Of a stretch of 64,000 nucleotides of DNA, positions 47,471 to 55,713 are shown one piece after another. The translations under genes and the position numbers were made by a program. How positions within the stretch are numbered: the stretch's first letter is position 1; every line of letters starts with the position of its first letter. The notes below the pieces were generated by a model that was not told where the DNA came from, did no database searches, and saw only the letters and a list, made by a program, of their open reading frames with translations. Origin of the DNA: Candidatus Aenigmatarchaeota archaeon (lineage in GTDB: Archaea; Aenigmatarchaeota; Aenigmatarchaeia; QMZP01; QMZT01); assembly GCA_026397315.1 (NCBI GenBank), contig JAPLVC010000001.1, forward strand, positions 32,001 to 96,000, written 5' to 3'.

Positions 47471-48106
47471 TCAACCCATCTTTCTCCCAACAGGAACTCC
47501 TAACAAATGTAAAGCCCTTGCTGTCAGCGAATCTGTATAAATGACATAAATCCTTCTATCTTTTCTGATTGGAAATTTCTTTTTGAACACTTTTTGGAGT
47601 TTCCTTCCCAACCTATTCAGTTCGAAAGAGTCTGCACTCCATATTTTTGCCATGTTCAGTTTATTGTGTATATGTCCGTGGTCATGGGTATAGTTAACAA
47701 TGAAGTCCAAATCTTCGGATTTCCTCAACGGAAGCCACCTACACGATTTCAACATTTTGTAAACAGTGGGAGACATCGTCTCGTTTGCATAATAGCCAAC
47801 AGAGGATGGGCTTAATTTCATGTCTTTAGCGATTTGAATTATTCTTCCTCCCCTTTGCCTTGCTTTCATAATTTCAGGATATTTAATTACCCTTTCTCTT
47901 GTCATTAGTGAGTACGTTTCGAGTAAATCCTCAACCGAAACAGCTATGTTATCACCATTTTCCATAGTTTTGAGGCTTTTTGGGATTCTTTTAGGCTTAT
48001 TGAATCTACTTTCCCAGAAACATTGTCTTGAACAATATCGGGAACTTTTTCTATATACAATAATATGTTTTCCACAAGTTGAACATTTAATGATGCGACG
48101 TGGCAT
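47471..48106 (-). CDS. Zn-finger + HTH + degenerate LAGLIDADG-like domain protein
   Basis: CSTC...CSRQC, HTH 'IQIAKDMKLSPSSVGYY', 'FIVNYTHDHGHI' resembling a LAGLIDADG helix. Confidence 0.5.
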   Translation of the reverse strand: MPRRIIKCSTCGKHIIVYRKSSRYCSRQCFWESRFNKPKRIPKSLKTMENGDNIAVSVEDLLETYSLMTRERVIKYPEIMKARQRGGRIIQIAKDMKLSPSSVGYYANETMSPTVYKMLKSCRWLPLRKSEDLDFIVNYTHDHGHIHNKLNMAKIWSADSFELNRLGRKLQKVFKKKFPIRKDRRIYVIYTDSLTARALHLLGVPVGRKMG

Positions 48107-48175
48107 ATTTGAGAATTTGAACTTGGATATAAATGGCTATGTTTAAACGAATGTTTAAACTTTTTGTTCCGATAG

Positions 48176-48420
48176 GATTGCAATCACATTATTGCTATGG
48201 GATTGCGTAGATTGCAATTGGAACATTATTGCAATCGGATTGGTGCAACATTGCATATCAGCAGATTGCACCTTCGGAAAAATATTTGTAGTAGGTATCT
48301 ATCTTTATAGAGTAGCATATTGAGGGATTGCAGTACATTGCTATTGGGGATTGCAATTGCACCATTATTATTGGAGGATTGTTGTTATAGCAATAATGTA
48401 TTGCAATGGTGGCGCAATAA
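48176..48420. repeat. Non-coding array of ATTGC/GCAAT short motifs
   Basis: About 12 ATTGC on + plus several GCAAT, including palindromes GATTGCAATC and ATTGCAAT, in ~250 bp. Confidence 0.7.
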
Positions 48421-48428
48421 TAATCTTA

Positions 48429-49199
48429 TTATTTTGTGTTGTATCCTATGCCCTCTATATCATTTCTGCCAACAGAATTAGTGATTTCAGAACATTGAGT
48501 AGAATGGATTTCTGCACCATCCAGGTCTTCTTCTGAGGGAATATCGAGGGTATTTATATTCTGAGATAATACTTCAAAGCTATCTTTGTTTACCACGCTT
48601 TCTTTACCGCTTGAATATTTGAGTCTAACAAAAAATCCTTTGAGGTCTACGCTACCAGTATTGAACAATCCCAAAGATAAAATCCCATCGGAAAAGGATG
48701 CTCTCTGTATCAGTATCGCAGCTTTTCCGCAAAACAAATTTTTCTCCTTCTGTGGTTCATAATAAATGTCAAAAAGGGAACCATAACAATACTTTGAATA
48801 AGGCGTCAAATCGCCAACAAGAGGTATATGACCTTCCCAATTAGACATCGGTACATGACAAGACATTTCATCTCCTACATGAAAATTTATTTCTGGCGTT
48901 GGGTTTTTCATGTCTGATACGACATATCTTACAATGCAGGTATCACCACTTTTGGTGAGGTCAATTTTAAATTTCACATACTTTTCAGAATTTCCAACTG
49001 TCGAATAAACAATTGAATCGGTACATGAAGTCATGTAGACTTGGCTTGTTTTTGCACACTCTTGGTCATCAGGAGAACAATCATAAGTTGCTTTGACAGG
49101 ACTAATGACACCGACATTACTCCCAGTCGTACAACCAGAAATTAAAACAACGCCAAATAACAAAACCGCTAGACTGCAATGAATTAATTTAGCCTTCAT
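48429..49199 (-). CDS. Putative lipoprotein / surface protein
   Basis: Lipobox-like 'VVLISGC'; paired Cys; beta-rich C-terminal domain. Confidence 0.65.
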   Translation of the reverse strand: MKAKLIHCSLAVLLFGVVLISGCTTGSNVGVISPVKATYDCSPDDQECAKTSQVYMTSCTDSIVYSTVGNSEKYVKFKIDLTKSGDTCIVRYVVSDMKNPTPEINFHVGDEMSCHVPMSNWEGHIPLVGDLTPYSKYCYGSLFDIYYEPQKEKNLFCGKAAILIQRASFSDGILSLGLFNTGSVDLKGFFVRLKYSSGKESVVNKDSFEVLSQNINTLDIPSEEDLDGAEIHSTQCSEITNSVGRNDIEGIGYNTK

Positions 49200-49252
49200 A
49201 TACTAATATAGTATCGAAGACTAATAAATCTACTACCTTTCTACGCTCTTTT

Positions 49253-49270
49253 AATAACTATGCAGTTATT
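49253..49270. promoter_or_regulatory. Inverted repeat AATAACT-N4-AGTTATT, candidate operator
   Basis: Perfect 7-4-7 dyad between the divergent lipoprotein and wHTH genes. Confidence 0.5.
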
Positions 49271-49292
49271 CCGTTCAAACTAAAAATATTTT

Positions 49293-49562
49293 ATGGTTAA
49301 TATTGATTGGGAACTATATAGCTGGCTCGTAAGAGGCAGTCAAAGAAAAGCAATAATTGAGGCTTTAGAAAAACCTAAGATTCCCAGCCAGATAAGGAAC
49401 GACACAAAGTTATCAATTGCTAACGTATCAAAAATACTCAAGTTGTTTGTTGATAATGGAATTGCAGAATGTCTTAATCCGAATACGAAAATGGGCAAGC
49501 TCTACAAATTGACTCCGAAAGGTCAAGCTTTAAGAGAGGAACTGATAAGAAAAGAAGCCTGA
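49293..49562 (+). CDS. Winged-helix transcriptional regulator (ArsR/MarR-like)
   Basis: 'RKAIIEAL..PKIPSQI...LSIANVSKILK...G...C.NP...YKLTPKG'. Confidence 0.85.
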   Translation: MVNIDWELYSWLVRGSQRKAIIEALEKPKIPSQIRNDTKLSIANVSKILKLFVDNGIAECLNPNTKMGKLYKLTPKGQALREELIRKEA

Positions 49563-49631
49563 ACGAGTTTGTCGAAGAAGGCATAGCGAAATATCCATTC
49601 TATATAAAAAAACAATAGATAAACAGATATT

Positions 49632-50708
49632 ATGTATTTCAGAGATAATAAAAAATCATGTAAAAGTATTTCTTTTGGTGATGGTCTCTATTTTCCTTAT
49701 TATGAATTTAGCAAGTTACAACAATGGTTGGAAGTTGGACAAAGAATAGAAAGGGTTTATAATTTGCATAGAGAACTATCAATCCTTTTAGATGGTTTAG
49801 ATTCAAAACATGGACCGATATTACAAAAAACGTATGATAAAACAACTGGATTCACATCAGCAACTGCTAAGCCAGTAAAACAATTTCTTCAAGATGAACA
49901 GATAAAATATTTATGCAGACTAATAGAAGAACTGTTTAACAAAGATTTAGAGTTGATTTCAAAGGCTGATATTAGAATTAGAGAAATGAGACCATTCAAA
50001 AATTTGATGGAAAATTTAAAGATTTACAAAGATGGAAATAATGTATCAAAGGAAAATGTTGAAAAATATTTTGACTTTATGATTTTAGATTCGTTGCGTC
50101 ATGATCTATTAGAATTATGGGATGATATTAGAAAATTTCTGGATGATAAAACAAATGAAATTATACTCCCTGAACCAACGATTGAGAATAGAGAATTTTA
50201 CTCGTATTTTCTTCAAAGTAGAGATTGTTATGTCGAGGCTAACGAAGAAATCGCATTAGCAGTAATTAGAAAAGCCGTTGAGGATATTCTAACCAGACTG
50301 TGGATTTTACATTTTGATAAATTAAATGATATTGATTTGAAGAACAGAAAGGAATTAGATAATCTTCCGGGATTTTTAAAGGGTAGACAAATATTATCGG
50401 AACAAGAGTTTAGAGAAGCTCAACCATTTGTAAAATATGGAAATGCAGGAATTCATATTTTAGGTGAAATTCCAAAGGAAAAATTAACGGAAAATGCAAG
50501 AAGAATGATTAATAATGGCATTAATTTTGTTAATAGTCTATCAAAAAAATACATCGAATTGATGAGAAAAAAGAATTACAGTAATATTGAATTTACCAAA
50601 ACAGGTTTTTCAATCAACATTGGGAAATTAGAAAATTATATCTGTAGCAAGACTTCTGACGATATTTTTAATAAAGAAGATATAGACGAATTTAGAGAAG
50701 AAGAATAG
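49632..50708 (+). CDS. Protein with C-terminal DUF4145/HEPN-like domain
   Basis: 'CY...ALAVIRKAVE...KYGNAGIH'. Confidence 0.6.
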   Translation: MYFRDNKKSCKSISFGDGLYFPYYEFSKLQQWLEVGQRIERVYNLHRELSILLDGLDSKHGPILQKTYDKTTGFTSATAKPVKQFLQDEQIKYLCRLIEELFNKDLELISKADIRIREMRPFKNLMENLKIYKDGNNVSKENVEKYFDFMILDSLRHDLLELWDDIRKFLDDKTNEIILPEPTIENREFYSYFLQSRDCYVEANEEIALAVIRKAVEDILTRLWILHFDKLNDIDLKNRKELDNLPGFLKGRQILSEQEFREAQPFVKYGNAGIHILGEIPKEKLTENARRMINNGINFVNSLSKKYIELMRKKNYSNIEFTKTGFSINIGKLENYICSKTSDDIFNKEDIDEFREEE

Positions 50709-50757
50709 TGGTTCGAAATTATTTCATTGAGAAGCATTAACTACAATGTGAGAATCT

Positions 50758-50904
50758 TTACTCAGGCACTTCCATCAAAACCAAGTCTCCATTAGGATAT
50801 TCCGACCAGTCAAGAACCTGACCCTTCTTCCATCCCTTGCGCCTGATTTTCTCGTATGGTATGCTTATAACGAAAGTCCCACTGATTTGTTGAAGTTTTG
50901 GCAT
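50758..50904 (-). CDS. AbrB/MazE/SpoVT-like DNA-binding protein (48 aa, not in ORF track)
   Basis: MPKLQQISGTFVISIPYEKIRRKGWKKGQVLDWSEYPNGDLVLMEVPE; RBS AGGTGA. Confidence 0.75.
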   Translation of the reverse strand: MPKLQQISGTFVISIPYEKIRRKGWKKGQVLDWSEYPNGDLVLMEVPE

Positions 50905-50983
50905 CTAATCACCTTTAGTTTATACCTATAAATAAACTATATGCAATATAAAGTTTTAAGGGTATAATTAATTAGGTGGCGCT

Positions 50984-50996
50984 AAAAAGCTTAACC
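50984..50996 (-). repeat. Right subterminal inverted repeat
   Basis: AAAAAGCTTAACC; its reverse complement matches 31708-31720 at 12/13. Confidence 0.55.
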
Positions 50997-51010
50997 TAGG
51001 ATACTGATTA

Positions 51011-51021
51011 TTAAATAAAAT
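51011..51021 (+). repeat. Right direct repeat TTAAATAAAAT (candidate attR core)
   Basis: Identical to 31685-31695; GC-richer host sequence resumes right after. Confidence 0.65.
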
Positions 51022-51036
51022 TAATTTTGCCTTTTA

Positions 51037-51804
51037 TCATACGCTCTCGCTCTTCTCGAAGAAATAAGCGCCCAGAAAAACCATGACCGCGGATATGCAC
51101 AAAAGCACGGCGAAATCCAGCGCGGCCGGGAACGTCGACTGGCCTATCAGGGAGGCGCGCATGCCGTCGATGCCATAGGTGAGCGGGTCGATGTAAGACA
51201 CGACCTTTATGAAAGGGGGCAGGTTGTCAATCGGGTAGAGCGCTCCTGAGAGGAAGAACATCGGGAAAATGACGAAGTTCATTATCAGGTTGAAACCCTG
51301 CATGTCTTTCATCTTGGATGCGAATATCAGGCCGAGGCCTATGAACGAAGTCGATATGAGGAACATGAAAACCACCGCCAGCGCTAGCGAAAACAGGCTG
51401 GTCACTGCGAAGCCGAGAACCATCGAGATTAGCAGGATCGCCATGCCCTGTATGAGCGAAGTGGTCGCTCCGCCGGCTATCCTGCCGAGAACGATCGAGA
51501 CGCGGCTCACGGGCGCTATCATTATTTCCTTGAGGAAGCCGAACTCCCTGTCCCAGAGGACTGATATGCCCGCGAACATCGAAGTGAATAGCATGCCCAT
51601 GCCCACTATGCCGGGCACGAGAAACGTGATATAGCCTACGCCGCCTTCCACACCGGGTATTGCCATTTTCGAGAATCCCATCCCGAGGAACGCCAGGAAA
51701 AGCAGCGGCATGGCCAGCATGCCTATTATCCTGGACTTGGCCCTGACAAACCTTTTCATCTCCCTCAGCCACAAAACGTAAATAGCGGTAAAGTTTATTA
51801 TCAT
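51037..51804 (-). CDS. ABC-2 transporter permease (DrrB-like)
   Basis: 'DREFGFLKEIMIAPVSR', 'FLSGALYP', 'PLTYGIDGMR'. Confidence 0.93.
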   Translation of the reverse strand: MIINFTAIYVLWLREMKRFVRAKSRIIGMLAMPLLFLAFLGMGFSKMAIPGVEGGVGYITFLVPGIVGMGMLFTSMFAGISVLWDREFGFLKEIMIAPVSRVSIVLGRIAGGATTSLIQGMAILLISMVLGFAVTSLFSLALAVVFMFLISTSFIGLGLIFASKMKDMQGFNLIMNFVIFPMFFLSGALYPIDNLPPFIKVVSYIDPLTYGIDGMRASLIGQSTFPAALDFAVLLCISAVMVFLGAYFFEKSESV

Positions 51805-51815
51805 GACAACAACCC

Positions 51816-52808
51816 TTACATGCCGTGACCCCTTCTCATCATCGGGCCGCGGAATCCGTTATGATCCGCTTCCTGCTCTCTGATGGTCTTGCCCGTGAAA
51901 TACAGGAACACGTCCTCGAGGCTCGGTTTATGCAGGTCAACGGAGCTTATGGTCATGCCGTGCTTTGGCGCGGCACACACGAGCTCGGGTATCCTTTTTT
52001 CCCCGTGATCCATCGTGAGGCACAGCTCGCCTTCGCGCATCTTGTGGTTTTTTATCCACTTGAGCGTCTTTACGAATTTCATGTATTTGCCCGTGCTGCC
52101 CTCTATCCTGAGGCACACGACATCGCCTCCCAGAACGTCTTTCAGCTTCTTCGGGGTGTCGAGCGCTATGATCTTGCCGCGGTCGATTATGGCTATCCTG
52201 TCGCAGAGGTAATCCGCTTCCTCCATGTAATGCGTAGTGAGTATGATGGTCACGCCGGCCTCCTTGTTGAGCTTCCTTATGTATTCCCATATGTGGCGCC
52301 TGGTCTGAGCATCGAGGCCAAGCGTAGGCTCGTCGAGGAACAGCACTTTCGGCCTGTGAATAAGGCCCCTCGCAATCTCCAGCCGCCGCTTCATGCCGCC
52401 GGAGTATTTTTCCACCAGAACGTCTGCCTTGTCCGTGAGTTCGACCAGCGCCAGAACGTCTCTTACCCTTTCCCTTATCACGCCGGCCTTCATGCCATAC
52501 ATCATGCCGTGGAACTCGAGATTCTCCTTGCCCGTCAGCTTGTTGTCGAGGGCAGGGTCCTGGAACACGATGCCTATGCTTTTCCTCACGTCTTCCCTGC
52601 TCTTGTTCACGTCGAAGCCGGCAACCTCCGCGCTGCCTGACGTCGTCTTTAGAAGTGTGCACAGCATGTTTATGGTCGTCGTCTTGCCGGCTCCGTTGGG
52701 ACCCAGCAGGCCGAACAGTTCGCCGGACTCGACCGAGAACGAGATGCCGTCGACTGCAGTGAAAGAATTGAACTTCCTGATCAGCTTATCGACTTTTATA
52801 GCGTACAT
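51816..52808 (-). CDS. ABC transporter ATP-binding protein (DrrA-like)
   Basis: GPNGAGKTT, YSGGM, LFLDEPT, TTH. Confidence 0.95.
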   Translation of the reverse strand: MYAIKVDKLIRKFNSFTAVDGISFSVESGELFGLLGPNGAGKTTTINMLCTLLKTTSGSAEVAGFDVNKSREDVRKSIGIVFQDPALDNKLTGKENLEFHGMMYGMKAGVIRERVRDVLALVELTDKADVLVEKYSGGMKRRLEIARGLIHRPKVLFLDEPTLGLDAQTRRHIWEYIRKLNKEAGVTIILTTHYMEEADYLCDRIAIIDRGKIIALDTPKKLKDVLGGDVVCLRIEGSTGKYMKFVKTLKWIKNHKMREGELCLTMDHGEKRIPELVCAAPKHGMTISSVDLHKPSLEDVFLYFTGKTIREQEADHNGFRGPMMRRGHGM

Positions 52809-52891
52809 AAAATCACACGGTTATTTCTTGCTCAGAAGAGAGATAAATGCATTCGGATGTTTAAATGCTTTTCATGCGGCTGTTGCAAATG

Positions 52892-53377
52892 TCACCCGAA
52901 AAGCGTCGCTATGGCGTCGCCCACATAATGCGTTATGATTATAACGACCAGCATTATGCCGACGTGCTCGAAAATCACGTTTAACGGCTTCTGTTTCGAT
53001 GACTTGGCAATCTGGTAGCTTGCGAAAGTCATTATTATTAGGCCCCACGCTATGCTCACGAGCACTGCCGCAGGAAGCTCAAACAGCATTACCGGCACCA
53101 GGAAAGTCATGGCGAAAAGGAACTTGGCTATGAAAGTCGAGAATGTCGCCATCCATATCTCCCTGTTCGTGTGCTTGTTTTCAGCCTCTTCGGAGACGTG
53201 TATGCCCAGAGCGTCCGAGAACGCGTCAGCTATCGCTATCGTCAGAATGCCGCCCAAGACTATAAGCTTCGACTTGGTCCCAGCCTCGAGACCTGCCATG
53301 AGGCCGAGCGTGGTTATCGTTGCCGAAGTCAGCCCGAAACTGAACCCGGTCTTTAGCGAATGGTTAAGCTTCATCAT
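52892..53377 (-). CDS. VIT1/CCC1-like membrane protein
   Basis: 'FGLTSATITTLGL', 'IAIADAFSDALGIHVSEE'. Confidence 0.75.
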   Translation of the reverse strand: MMKLNHSLKTGFSFGLTSATITTLGLMAGLEAGTKSKLIVLGGILTIAIADAFSDALGIHVSEEAENKHTNREIWMATFSTFIAKFLFAMTFLVPVMLFELPAAVLVSIAWGLIIMTFASYQIAKSSKQKPLNVIFEHVGIMLVVIIITHYVGDAIATLFG

Positions 53378-53480
53378 ATAGAAATTGCACAGCTTTCTTA
53401 AAAAAGTTCACAGAAAATGATAAAAAGAAAAAAGGGCGAAAAACCGCCTTGAGTATAATTTTTGGAAGCCTGGGAAGCCC

Positions 53481-53585
53481 TCAGAACTCCTCTTCTTCCT
53501 CTTCTGTCGATTCCTCTTCCGTCGACTCTTCTTCCTTCTCTTCCTCTTCTACTTCTTTTTTCTTGCCTTTCTTGCCGAATGTCAT
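53481..53585 (-). CDS. 34-aa highly acidic micropeptide (not in ORF track)
   Basis: MTFGKKGKKKEVEEEEKEEESTEEESTEEEEEEF; GGAGTG RBS, upstream TTTATAAA, downstream T-tract. Confidence 0.5.
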   Translation of the reverse strand: MTFGKKGKKKEVEEEEKEEESTEEESTEEEEEEF

Positions 53586-53770
53586 AATCCCACACTCCCG
53601 TTTATAAACATCGAAAACAGTCTTTGATTTTTTATGCGCCGGACCGGAATATAAAGCTTACGCTGCCATGCGGATTTAAGCTTTAACGCCCATATAATTT
53701 CCAGTTATTCCGGCTGTCCTGCGACCGTTCTGCTTTTCTGGTTTTTATGGTATGAAGCCCAATTAAAAAC

Positions 53771-54589
53771 ATGCACATTTTTCTCGGTCCTGCCGGTATC
53801 CCGCTGACGACGAAAGGCCCTTCGACAGTCGATGGTATTAGACGCGTCGCCGAGCTGGGCCTCAACGCCATGGAAGTCGAGTTCGTGCGCGGAGTACACA
53901 TGAGCATCGCGACAGCGAAGGAAGCCGGAGTCGTCGCTAGAGATGCGAACGTCGTGCTGTCGATACACGCACCCTATTTCATCAACCTGTGCAACCCCGA
54001 GAAAGCCGCAGCATCGAAGAAGCGTATCCTTGATTCGTGCGAGAGGGCGTATCACCTCGGCGCGTGGGTCGTGGTTTTCCACCCGGGCTTCTATGGCGCG
54101 CTCGAAAAAACAAAGGCGTTCGAGATGGTTCTCAGCGAGTGTGAAGCCATGAATGAAACGTTGCTAGCGAATGGATGGGATGTGAAGCTAGGTCTTGAGA
54201 CGACAGGCAAACCGTCGCAGTTCGGCACTTTGGACGAGACCATGGCGATACACCATAAAATAAAGAACTGCATACCAGCCGTCGATTTCTCCCACATCTT
54301 CGCCAGGGACGCCGGCCATATCGATTTTCACGAAGTCCTGAAGAAAATGGAGGCACTGGGCATGGACAGACATCACTGTCATTTCTCCGGCATAGAATAC
54401 ACCATGAAAGGCGAGAGACGACATCTAACCATCGACAGCAACCAGCCCGACTTCCCGGCGCTGGCGAAAGGCCTGCTGAAGACAAAAATAAGAAACATCA
54501 CGATAATTTCCGAGAGTCCCGTTCTGGAAAAGGATTCTATGAAAATGCTCGAAATATTAAAACAGGAAGGATACGCATGGAAAAAATAA
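53771..54589 (+). CDS. Endonuclease IV-like TIM-barrel protein
   Basis: 'HAPYFINL', 'HPG', 'ETTGK..QFG', 'DFSH', 'HCHFSGI'. Confidence 0.88.
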   Translation: MHIFLGPAGIPLTTKGPSTVDGIRRVAELGLNAMEVEFVRGVHMSIATAKEAGVVARDANVVLSIHAPYFINLCNPEKAAASKKRILDSCERAYHLGAWVVVFHPGFYGALEKTKAFEMVLSECEAMNETLLANGWDVKLGLETTGKPSQFGTLDETMAIHHKIKNCIPAVDFSHIFARDAGHIDFHEVLKKMEALGMDRHHCHFSGIEYTMKGERRHLTIDSNQPDFPALAKGLLKTKIRNITIISESPVLEKDSMKMLEILKQEGYAWKK

Positions 54590-55002
54590 AAATTTACACT
54601 GACGGCGCTTCGCGCGGCAATCCCGGCCCGGGGGCAATCGCTTACATGATAGTGGATGAAAAAGGCGCTCTGATCGCGGAGCGTGCCGAATTCATAGGCG
54701 CGTGCACCAACAACATCGCCGAATACAAGGCCCTCATAGCCGGCCTCAAGGCCGCTGAAAAGCTCGCGCATGCAGGCGAGCTCACATGCATATCGGACAG
54801 CCAGCTGATGATAAGCCAGATGAAGGGGGAATACAAAGTCAAGAAAGGCCACCTCAAGGACCTGCACGACGAGGCGAAGGCGCTCGAGAAAAAATTCGCC
54901 AAAGTCGAATATGTCAATGTCAGGAGAACCGATCCTGTCATACAGAAAGCCGACAGGATGGTAAACTATGTTCTGGATTCGATGTCAAGATTCAGAAAAT
55001 GA
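54577..55002 (+). CDS. rnhA: Ribonuclease HI
   Basis: 'YTDGASRGNPG', 'TNNIAEY', 'DSQL', 'AD'. Confidence 0.92.
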   Translation: MEKIKIYTDGASRGNPGPGAIAYMIVDEKGALIAERAEFIGACTNNIAEYKALIAGLKAAEKLAHAGELTCISDSQLMISQMKGEYKVKKGHLKDLHDEAKALEKKFAKVEYVNVRRTDPVIQKADRMVNYVLDSMSRFRK

Positions 55003-55686
55003 TTTTTGCTTTTCGACCAGCTCTGCATTCTCGATTACGTATTCGCCTCTCGCGCCGTCCCATTCCTTGTGCGCGCGCAGTATCCTTATCTTCTTTTTGA
55101 ATATCGGCGCGTCAAGGACGAACGATTCGTACTCCCCGCCCTCGCCTCCCACGTGCACGCCGTATTTCTCGTGCAGCTTTTCCAGGTCTTTCAGCGCTTC
55201 TGCGTCGAGCCGCCTGCCGAGCCACTTCTCGGTCAGGCCTTCGGCCGCGACGGCCGTGAAAATGACGTCGAAGCCGAGCATCAGCAGTTCGCTCATGTAG
55301 TCCTTCATCGGCCTCTCCCAGTGGGGCGCGAACGATTCGAGGCCTATCTCCCTGCACACGTTGTCGATGCGTACGCGCTGGTAGCGGCTCGCGAGCGCGC
55401 CGGAAACGACGCCCTCTATCTCGGGCTTCAGCGACTTCAGTATTTCCTTCATCTCCTCGACTTCTTTCGTTTCTTCTCCGCTTACTTCCCTGAAGACTAT
55501 GGGGATGCCCATCGCCTCCGCGTGGAGTTTCGCCCAGCGCGCGTTGGGGTGGTGGAACATGTACGAGTCGCTCCTTGCCGGCACGAACGTGAGCAGCATC
55601 TTGACGTGCAGCCCCATGGCCAGCGCCTTGTATACCGCGAACGTCGAATCTTTAGCGCCGGAGAAAAGAACTGCTACGTTTTTCAT
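54985..55686 (-). CDS. Diphthine--ammonia ligase (Dph6-like PP-loop ATPase)
   Basis: 'FSGAKDS', 'SYMFH', 'GAL.S.YQ', 'GEGGEYES'. Confidence 0.9.
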   Translation of the reverse strand: MKNVAVLFSGAKDSTFAVYKALAMGLHVKMLLTFVPARSDSYMFHHPNARWAKLHAEAMGIPIVFREVSGEETKEVEEMKEILKSLKPEIEGVVSGALASRYQRVRIDNVCREIGLESFAPHWERPMKDYMSELLMLGFDVIFTAVAAEGLTEKWLGRRLDAEALKDLEKLHEKYGVHVGGEGGEYESFVLDAPIFKKKIRILRAHKEWDGARGEYVIENAELVEKQKSFSES

Positions 55687-55713
55687 ATTATCAATTATCT
55701 TTTCGCGGGAGAA

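Larger units (their letters stand above)
31685..51021. mobile_element. Integrative element / defence island (~19.3 kb) with tyrosine integrase
   Basis: Sharp shift to AT-rich sequence; integrase at the left end; 11-bp direct repeats at both ends plus internal inverted repeats; cargo of RM, HEPN and nuclease genes. Confidence 0.85.

Noticed and set aside
48176-48420. CRISPR array
   Set aside because: Repeats are only 5-10 nt with irregular spacing; no 24-40 nt repeat/spacer structure and no cas genes.
31685-51021. Provirus or conjugative element
   Set aside because: No recognisable capsid, terminase/packaging ATPase, VirB4/relaxase or replication gene.
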